Shown here piece after piece: positions 23,721-32,508 of a stretch of 32,508 bases of DNA. Within the stretch, counting starts at the first letter, position 1, and each line of letters opens with the position of its first letter. The notes under the pieces were generated by a model, which was given only the letters and a program-made list of their open reading frames with translations, was not told where the DNA came from and did not search any database. This DNA comes from Folioceros fuciformis. Lineage: Eukaryota. A program made the position numbers and the translations under genes. The stretch lies in the NCBI GenBank assembly GCA_049999805.1, contig JBNGIO010005588.1, positions 1 to 32,508 of the forward strand, in the 5' to 3' direction.

Positions 23721-25604
23721 TTAAGGTTGACCCTTGCGGCTACAACAACCATCTGAGAATCGATGCACTCGGCGACATCCCTCACAACTGTCTGTCCGTT
23801 CAATCCTTCACATGATCCCGGTGGAACTGTAGCAGTCGCCGCAAATGCTTAGATTCCTTGTCACCACCAAAGGAGTGCCACTCGGAGTGTTCAGAAGACC
23901 AAACCTCAGAGCTAGCTTCTCAGCAAGCCCACAGAGCACAGTTTCCTTTTTCATGTCAAACATAGATCTCAACACCAACTTTGTGAGAGGCGCATGGCCT
24001 CCTTTGTACTTCAGACGTGCATTTATGCTCTACCTTAAGCGCGATATCCTCCCTCGTTTCTCCTACAAGAAGTCTATGTACCTCGTTATTTACTTCAATG
24101 CTCACCACTGCACGATACTTGTTAGCCCCTGCTGCCAGTCTCTGTGTCTCAATCTTGTCCACATCGGTCCACTTACCTGCATCTGCATTGGCATTGGCCA
24201 TGAGCACACAGGCGGCCGCTTCCTTGGGGACCAGCCGAACAATGTTTTGAAAACACCACAGCGCCTCTCTATGTCACCGTGACTTTTGCAGGCATTCAGC
24301 AAAGACGTCAATCCCACAACACTGTTCTGGCCCTCACATAAAGTAACGTATTCTCTGCCTTATCTAAATGTTCAGCACGCCCAAGAAGATCAATCATACA
24401 GTTGTAATGCTCAGCAGTAGGTTTGATGTCATGCTGTTCAGCCATGGAATCAAAGTACTTATGACCCGCGTGGACTAGGCCCTCATGACTGCATGCTGCT
24501 GGAAGGCAAGTAAAAGTCGCGTCGTTAGGCTAAACACCAGTAACTAACATCTCCTCGAAACAAGTTAGTGCCCTGTGACCTTCATCGACAGTACCATACC
24601 CAAATATCAGAGCATTCCATGTTACCACGTCCTTTCTGGTCATGCTGTCAAAAACCTGACGTGCATCGTCCAGTATACCGCATTTTGCATACATGTTCAC
24701 CAGTCAGGTGCCCACCACTACGTCATCCAGCAGTCCTCTTGCGACAATCTGTAAATGCAGCTGCCTGCCCTTAAGTAAGTCGCCAATGCTTGCACTGGCC
24801 TCAGGAGGCAAACGAAAGTAACATGGTCAGCCAAAATGAGGCCCTCTTGTTCCACGTGTCCATACAGAACAAAACCCTCATGCCCGAGCCCTTGCGGGCA
24901 TATCCAGCTATCAGGGCAGTCCATGTCACCACATGTTTTGTGTTCATGCTGTCACAAACCTCGCGTGCATCTTTCAGTTCACCACATTTTGCATGTATGT
25001 CAACTAGGCAGCTGCCAACAAACTAGTTGGCAAACGTGTCCCTCTGCAGCATACCACCGTGCACTTTTCTGCCAGATTCTAGCTCGGCAGCTAACGCACA
25101 CGCTCGAAGGGCAGCCGCAAAGACGTGAGCATCTGCCTTCACTCCACACCTACGCATCTCATGGTAGAGTAGTATGGCCCCCTCAGGTTTCCCGTTCTTG
25201 GAATGTGAAGAGATTATGGAAACCCACATGTTGACATTTGGTTTGCCCACCCTGGTAAAATCGTCCATAGCCTCCTGCAGTGTACCCACACATGCATACA
25301 TCCGCAAGATGTGATTCCTCAAGTATGCACTCGAGTCACACCCAAGGTTGGCAGAGAGATTATGAACTTGGCGCCCCACAACCAAATCCTTCTTAGCTAT
25401 ACACAATTTTAAAACGGTGTAAAACAGAGACTGAGGAAAACCTGAATCTGAGTTCGCCAGAGATTCCAGGGCCGACCTCGGAAAGCTCCCCCTGCTCAAG
25501 GTTTCAGTCGTTCCGAGGCCCATATCCAACTCTGCACGGCTGCCAGGTTCAGGCTTATCCAGACAGCTCAACTTGGAAGGAGGGGCAACATGGCCCACTT
25601 GCAT
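23721..25604 (-). pseudogene. PLS-class PPR gene with E1/E2 and a DYW:KP (GRP-type) domain, disrupted
   Basis: About 11 PPR motifs, e.g. VNMWVSIISSHSKNG, VVTWTALIAGY, LVNMYAKCGILDDARQVFDSM, VVTWNALIFGY, ACSHEGLV and EHYNCMIDLLGRA. These are followed by SIEVNNEVHRLLVGE..GGHAP..LCGLAEKLALRFGLLNTPSGTPLVVTRNLSICGDC..VHRFSDGCCSRKGQP*. In-frame stops at 25023-25025, 24704-24706, 24530-24532 and 23808-23810, plus several frameshifts. The 5' end is uncertain. Confidence 0.9.
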
Positions 25605-26332
25605 ATTGAAGGAAATGAGCTGCTCATCAATTCAAGCTGGTTTAAACATGTTGTTCAACCACAGCACCTCGGCGGACCCCTTACGGCGGAAGTCAGGCGA
25701 AAGGGAGCTCTTGTTATCCCGTCTGTTGTCTCACCACGTGGTAGGGTCCAGGACAAATTCCTGCCATAATTGCTCCTGCTCCCGGCAAAGACTGTCGCTG
25801 GAAAACCCTCCCCTACCCTCACACTTCCTCGGAAGTGAGAGGAGTAGGGGAGGAGTTCGTTTGGCAGGAGTTGACACCCTCAAATGAAGTGAGCGGGAAA
25901 ACCTCGTAAAATCCCTACACTCAAACCAACTTGTTGGGTTCACAAGGGGTCCAGTTGCCATGAAGTACCCATCCTTCAGGGACCGCTGTCAGAAGATGAT
26001 TCTTACCACAACCTTCAGCAGAATGCCCAGGGACTGCGTACCATCAGCCCAACCGGACGTGTAGTTAGTTTTAGGTGCATGGACTGACCTGGACGGGACG
26101 GACAATGCCAGTGCCCACGGAGCTGTGGAACAGTGAGCAGTCAAGCCGTGCTCAGGACATGGTAAAATGCTACAGAATGGCAAGGCTGGAGTGCACCTGT
26201 TGCAATGGCACCTGCAACCTCTTCCACACAGGGTCGTTGAGCTTCAGATGACGAAGGAAGTGCTTACAAGTTGAACGACTACGTAGGACTCCACCATGTG
26301 CCAATCCCAGACAGCGACGACTGCGTTGATGA

Positions 26333-26432
26333 NNNNNNNNNNNNNNNNNNNNNNNNNNNNNNNNNNNNNNNNNNNNNNNNNNNNNNNNNNNNNNNNNNNN
26401 NNNNNNNNNNNNNNNNNNNNNNNNNNNNNNNN
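26333..26432. other. Assembly gap (100 N)
   Basis: Run of N. Confidence 0.99.
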
Positions 26433-26919
26433 ATCCTTGTGTCCGCAGAGTTCCTGAACCTGAACTCGTCTCCACACCAAAGTTTGGTGGTGCCAGGTGA
26501 TGATCCAAAAAGCTCCCTCCTTTTCCCGAAAATGCATTTCCTTTTCCTACTGTCGTAGATTTGGTAACCTGATCCAGGGCTGAGATTCGCCTTGCCAGGT
26601 CCCATGCTCAGTGAGCTACACTGCTTTTGTTGCTTCGTCATCACGAGCTCTCGTGGGAACTTGATATGGGATTGAATTGCGCCAGTAGGAACTCGCACTC
26701 CCGGGGAGGTGGATTTAACTATGTGTATAGTAATGTTTATGAATAGAATATACTTATGCATAACTTATGCATATCACGCAACCAGTAACGAAAAAAGGGA
26801 AACTAGAAAACGACAAAAGTAGAAAGAGATAAAAGTTAATCGAGTAGCTGCCCTCCTCGGATGCATGTGTTACATGTTCACGCAGAACTTCCAAGAACGC
26901 AAAATTATGGTAATTTTTT

Positions 26920-27700
26920 TCTTACAGAATTATTATGACCGAAAAGTTATGATAATCTCAAAATTGTGGTTACCACTAGGTGATACTTTTTGAGAGGAGT
27001 GGTCTACATAGATTCAAGTATTAACAGTTGCCTAATTGAGGCTAGTCGTGAAGATATACAAGGGCTAGAACAAAGGCATCCAGAATACTTATCTTGAAGA
27101 AGGAGATTTGAGCTGTGAGTCTTAAGTGGAGAGCTTGGATAGTAAGTTTGTCCTCAGGGTGGTGGTTTGTGAGCGGTTTCTAGAAGTGGGTTGCTTAGAA
27201 CCTGTAAGAGTTGAGTGCATTGACCAAAGTTGTGTGCTACCCTCTTGTGCAATGAATTGGTAGGGTTTTGAGACCTCAATCAATGTTGTATGCTACTCTC
27301 CTCTAGAGTGAATTGCTAAGGTTCGATAACACAACTATGTGTTATTCTAGTATGGTGAGGTCCATTAACACAACTATGTGTTTCTCTCTTGTGGAGTTGC
27401 CGAGGTGTGAGGGCGTAGCATCTTTGGCTAGTATTTAGCAAGGGTGTTCTATAGTGGTATCAAAGTGTAGTTCATGCCTATAGATGGCAAGAAAGTGTAC
27501 AATTGACTCTCTACTATGATGGTCATTAGAGTGTATCATGATGCTCAATGGAAAGCACCAAAGCATGCAGATGCAAGAAGTTCAATAGAGTTGATCCTCC
27601 ATCTCTTTCTTTGGAAGAGAACAACAAAGCAGTAAGAAGATGCCAAAAGAAGACTACACAACATGCTCATCTATAGAAAAGTTAAATGATTGTAGTATGA
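26920..27700 (+). mobile_element. Possible degenerate LTR-retrotransposon fragment (LTR-like segment followed by a PBS)
   Basis: TGGTATCAAAG at 27455-27465 resembles the tRNA-iMet primer-binding site TGGTATCAGAGC. The region has no long ORFs. No second LTR or gag/pol motif was seen, and the boundaries are guesses. Confidence 0.35.
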
Positions 27701-28220
27701 AGACTTAAATGGTAATAATAGGAAGATGTAGATGGTGGTATCTTTATGTATTCTTCATCATTTTGTGGGGTTGAGGTCTCTAGGTTGAACTTCTCCTTAG
27801 CCCTTTCTTCGTAATATCAACACCACCGCCATAAGCAAACCTCCAGACATGCTTGTTATATCGTTTGATAACATGTTTCGTTAAACTATTGTCCTTCTTC
27901 CAAGGTTGAGGATTGGAAGGAACCTCCTATATCTACATCCTTTGATTCCTTCTATTTGACCTTCATGGTGCATTCTTACCACTCACTTGGAGGATGAACT
28001 TGTCTCCCTGTTCTTGTTCTAGAGGTACAATTGTTTGTCAACTTGCATTCTTATGCAAAAGTACATTTTTAGCATAAGTGTTTGTGAACTTGTCTTCTCA
28101 TGCTTCAAAACCTATTCAAATCGAAGCTTCAAAATCTTTCCAGACCTAACTTTCATATAGTATGATGTAATGTGTAGAGCATACGCAAAGTTAAAACTGC
28201 ACCGGTAAGAAAGTAGTGGG

Positions 28221-28865
28221 TGGATGTGATTCATTTCCACCTTGCATAATCAAATGGCAAATAGATGTGGCATATGTCCACGCCTCCAAATTGCGGATGA
28301 AATGGATGTGACTTCCTTCCTTTCCACCCTATCCGAATTGCCCGAAGCTTCACATTGCGAGACTTCTTTCCACCTTATCCGAATCGCCCACGCCTTCACA
28401 TTGTGGACGACATGGATGTGACTTCTTTCCACCTTATCTGAATCACCCACGCCTTCACATTGCGGACGAAATGGATGTGACTTCTTTCCACCTTATCCGA
28501 ATCTCCTATAGGTTCACGAATGTGACTTCTTTCCACCTTATGCGAATCTCCAGTAGTTTTACACTATGGATGGATGTAACCCATGGTTTCACACACGTGG
28601 ATGTCACTTGGGATAACCTTGTAACAGATGTGACTTATTTCTGGTTTCAGTTGGGATAATCCATGACTTGGCTCCTACGGGTGGATGTGACTTCTTTCTG
28701 TTGTTGGTTGGGATAGCCCTTCATGATTGCAAGTCGTGAATGGATGTGACTTCTTGTCACTATCGGTTGAGTAGTGAACAGTTGTGACTTCTTGTTATTG
28801 TCGGCTGAGTAGTGAAGGGTTATGAGTTTTGGTGCTGAGTAGTGAACGGTTGTGAGTTTTGGTAC
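28221..28865 (+). repeat. Degenerate minisatellite with a GGATGTGACTTC(TTTCCACCTTATCCGAAT) core, grading into ~30-bp GAGTAGTGAA units
   Basis: Core or variants near 28221, 28303, 28358, 28412, 28472, 28520, 28570, 28598, 28627, 28682, 28741 and 28783. GAGTAGTGAA near 28769, 28807 and 28837. Confidence 0.85.
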
Positions 28866-29289
28866 CAACCAGTGAGGTTAAGACCGGCTAGACGTGACGT
28901 CTGGCACACAAGCAACCCATGGTTTCACGATACTAAATGTATGTCGTAGATGATAATGATTGCGAAGATACCCATGCTTCGAAAGTACGATCATGGTATA
29001 TGATGTGACTGTGAGGACGACACTATTCCCAAGCGTGACTGTGGGATTGTACGAACACACGTGTCGATCTTCATGACCCTTGGGTAATTATTGCAATCAA
29101 TCACTGCACTCATAGAAGGGTGGTGTAGTGTAGTTTGCATTTGCTCATGGTTGCTGTCTATGGAGTGCATACATACGGTAGTGCATCGATTTATGATGGT
29201 CATATTTATGAAGCAGATAAAAAGAAAATTCTGTAGCGTACAGGGTAGGCCCCGCCTCAAAAGTGCCTGAGCCTGGGAGAGTCGGAGAC

Positions 29290-32030
29290 AAATGTACCAT
29301 GCGAGGAAGGATCTGGCGGCCAGGCGATCAGGTGGTCTTCCGCATGCTTTTCAGTACCCTAGGGAAGGATCGACAGTTTGCCTTCATTCTGCATCTCCAT
29401 TAAAAGATGCAGAGCGTTGTCAGTCGGATCTTGCTGGACAGAACCTGCCAAAAGCTCTTATTCCATGTCACCGCAGCGGCGTGAGACAGGGTGGTAAAGT
29501 GTTACACCTGCTCACCGTGAGCGTAGACGTCATCAGCCACATCCACTGCGCCTGTGGATCCATGTGCTGGGAGCGCATCTTGTCACAATTGGGCCACTGC
29601 CTTCACAAGTAGCTTTGAAAACAGGCTCCGTCTATGCAAAGGCTTGATCAGGCGCCCTCGCGATTCCTGACGGGCTGCCTCGTCGCCATGCCACTTGCGT
29701 ATGAGCAAAACTGCTGCCCGCCCTGGCTTGTGCCGAGCGGATGCGGAACACGTTGCATTCGAGATGAGACGACGTCACGCTAGGTTTGGCCATGGGGTTC
29801 AACACGTCTGCCATGCGTCGAACACGTCTGCCATGCTACTACAGTTTGCTCGGGATCAGAAGTGGCGTCCACAACCACAGGACTCGCATCCGGAACTTGC
29901 AACATCAGCATGAATCCATCCATGTCACGCGGGCGGATGCATGCACAGGTTTCACGAGGTGAGCTTGTTTGGTCCCACCTCGGACTCCTGCATTCGCTCC
30001 TATGTATGTGTTGCAAAACCCTAAGATTACGGGTGTCGAGGAACAGGCACAGGACCTCCAGAGCATCGGAGAGACTCCCGCAGTTGACCAGCATTGCCAC
30101 AGCCATATCCTTCGAAAAGGTTTCAGACAGGTGAAGCCCAAAGGGCTCACAACACGTCACCCGTCGGGCAGTCGGAGTTGAGGCGGTTGCAAGGCTCTCG
30201 CAGCCCGTCCCGGCTGCTTTATGTTGAAGAAGCAGGACGCGACAGTCACACCTGCTGCGTAACACGTCAGGGATGCAACGTCTGTGTGTACCGCCATTTT
30301 TTTCTGTGCAGCGACATGACGAGGTCTTCCAGGAGCAGAGTGGCATCCTGCACCTGCGTCTGGGCCTGGCTTGTACAGCGACCAGTCAGGAGCAGCCTGA
30401 AGTTGTGTACTGCCCTATGAACGCCTGTACAACTCCTCTGCGGTACTCGCTCCTGTCCAGTTGGGCTGGTCTTCAAAAGCAGGTGGACTGCAAAAGTACG
30501 TATGTAGAGAGACGTTCGGAATTTTGCTTCAGTGTCGTGTCATTGTGCGGCCGGAAGCAAGTTGTGTGCCGGCTGGTATCCTTGCTGTATGTTTGTACGA
30601 GGAAGGGAAATTGCTCTGAGAATCCAGGGTTGTGGAAATTGCTCACCTTTCCGTCAGGGGAGGTGTGGTAACAAGTTTCCTGTTCAAGAGTCATGACGTG
30701 TAAAGGTTGTAGTAGAACACTGACACTTCCATCGCCTGCCTGCCAACGCGCATAGAAGGCTCCAGAAAAGAGCACGGAGCTCGCTTCATAGGTTGCGAAG
30801 TCAGAAAATATCTAGGTGATACACCTGGTGAACCGCCATGTCTCCATGACTTTGGAGGATGGCAATTACGACTCGCGTAATGTTCCACCCTCGTACTCCA
30901 TGCACATATTTCTACTCCTTCAGAAGCGCTCTACTGCCCATCGCGAGGGGTTCCGTACTGGCTACGATTGGCAGACAACATGAGTCCAAGCTTCCTCTCC
31001 ACCCTCTCTTGCATGCTGGAATCCAAATACAATTCCATTTAAAACTTTGTGCTCTCACGCACACTACTCGCAAGGTGGAGAGCCTTCCTCACCAGCAGGA
31101 GGCTGAGATCAACCAGTCCACACTTTCAGACTATGTAGTTCGCCCTGGTCTTGCTCTGTGACCTGCCATGAAGGGAGTCCAAGTGACGATGTCATGCTGA
31201 GATATACATCAAGTACAACCTGTGCGTCCATTCATGCTGCCACCAAACATGTCAAAAAGAGTAGCCGTTGAAGCTGCAGGCCACATTGGTGAATTTGGTA
31301 GTGAGTGGTCTTAACCTTCTGCAAGCAGCCGATGCAAACTTTTTGCTTGTTCACAGCCATGGCGCCCTGCTTGGCTACCATGTTTCTTCCACATGCATTC
31401 AGTACACGAACCAAGGATCGACAGAATATACGCCTTCAACCCCCTCTTCTGCATCTCAGAGCCTCGTCAGTTTGATCTTACGGGACTCATCCTGCTACGA
31501 GCGCGTTCCATGTCACCAGTACAAGGCCCCTTCGACCTTGACCATCTCCCCCTTTTGCAGGCATCCTCCTTCGACATGTTACTCACATCCACCACCTCGT
31601 ATCGCTCCTTCCTGCCGCCGCTGATCGTTTGGCTGCTCAAAGCCTGCTCACGCTGGTTTTCCCGGGCTTGATCTGGTGAGAATATGGCATCCCACGAAAA
31701 AGCGTGTCGCGCAGGCAAACGTGTCAAACAGACGGCGAGCATCTGCCATTGTATGACATGTTGCGGATAGCCTGAGCAAAGTGGTGGCGCCAAGCGCACG
31801 ATACTCGCATCGGAATCCAAATCTCACAACATGAGGACGAATCCTTGTGCCCTGCCCTACACCACCAAGGCATTCAATAGACCGACCGACGAAGGTCGGC
31901 TCCACTTCAGTCTCCTGGCCGATAATGCCCGTACACTCTGAGTGCATCCCACTCTTGTCCACTCTGACAAGACCCCGAGATCACGACTGTCCAGAAGCCA
32001 GACGTGGTATTATCCCAGGGTGATCATGGA
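29290..32030 (-). pseudogene. Heavily degraded PLS-class PPR gene, with no E/DYW end visible
   Basis: Frameshifted PPR fragments: DARRLFDT/LPARHAFSWDAIFS (~31680-31750), SLVRVLNACG (~31390-31420), QHDIVTWT (~31175-31200), AMLVNCGSLSDALEV (~30050-30100), AVTWN (~29460-29475) and SFPRVL-ACG (~29340-29370). It may start as far up as the ATG at 32468. Confidence 0.65.
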
Positions 32031-32508
32031 GGTAGGAGGCTGATAGAGAAAACCCCCACCTCCACCCCAAAGGCCGGGGTTGCCACAGATGGTGCAAACC
32101 CCCGAGCCGGAAGGATCACACCGGAGGAAAAAGGAAAGCCTTCCTAGAGACAGGCGAATGCGGGCGGGGCCTGGTCGCGGGCCTGGTTCCCGGGTCCCGG
32201 GTCTTGGGCCCCTGTTTAAGTTGACAGAGAGAGGTCCCAGCCTGACCCATGACTGTGTGAGACCGTGCATTGCTTTGCCAGCTTTGACACGTCCTTTTAA
32301 GGCCAGGCAGTCCCTTGAATGCTGCGTGTTTTGCTGAGCTGATGGGCATCTCATTCTGGTGTCCCGCTTCCCTGACTCCACTTCCCAGCAATTGCCCGGG
32401 CAGCATTCCCTTCCTCTTGCTGCTCTTGCTACTTGGGCTGCCTGCTGGGCTGTCGGCCTGCTGCGCATTGCCTTGCCCTTTGCCTTGGAAGGAACGAAGG
32501 GAGGGAGG

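Noticed and set aside
23808..25025. Rescue of the PPR gene's stop codons by U-to-C editing
   Set aside because: The gene is nuclear, it also has frameshifts, and two TGA stops sit where Ser or Cys is expected rather than Arg or Gln.
25605..26761. Short ORFs upstream of the first PPR pseudogene
   Set aside because: No recognisable motif, and the region is interrupted by a gap. It may be a decayed N-terminal extension but this cannot be supported.
27326..27351. Helitron 3' end (hairpin plus CTAG)
   Set aside because: The hairpin is AT-rich and only 1 nt from CTAG, unlike the usual GC-rich hairpin ~10-12 nt upstream.

Overview
This is eukaryotic land-plant nuclear DNA, not prokaryotic, with three 100-N assembly gaps. 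A hornwort-like source is the best inference, from tightly packed genes, ~80-130-nt introns and a DYW:KP-type PPR gene. 1-~6650 is AT-rich and repeat-rich. It holds a 39-bp tandem array, a ~260-bp duplication and an orphan ORF of ~800 aa with Met/Pro/Gln repeats. ~7160-23400 is a compact gene island: SWEETIE/HEATR5 (+, no visible introns), RPS14 (-, intronless CDS), a 17-exon CruP-like FAD-dependent lycopene-cyclase paralog (+, head-to-head with RPS14) and a 20-exon M3 thimet-oligopeptidase-like gene (+). ~23700-32500 holds two decayed minus-strand PLS-class PPR genes separated by an LTR-like remnant and a degenerate minisatellite. The first PPR gene ends in a GRP-type DYW:KP domain, the class linked to reverse U-to-C organellar RNA editing. 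All identifications come from manual translation and recalled motifs; no searches were run.
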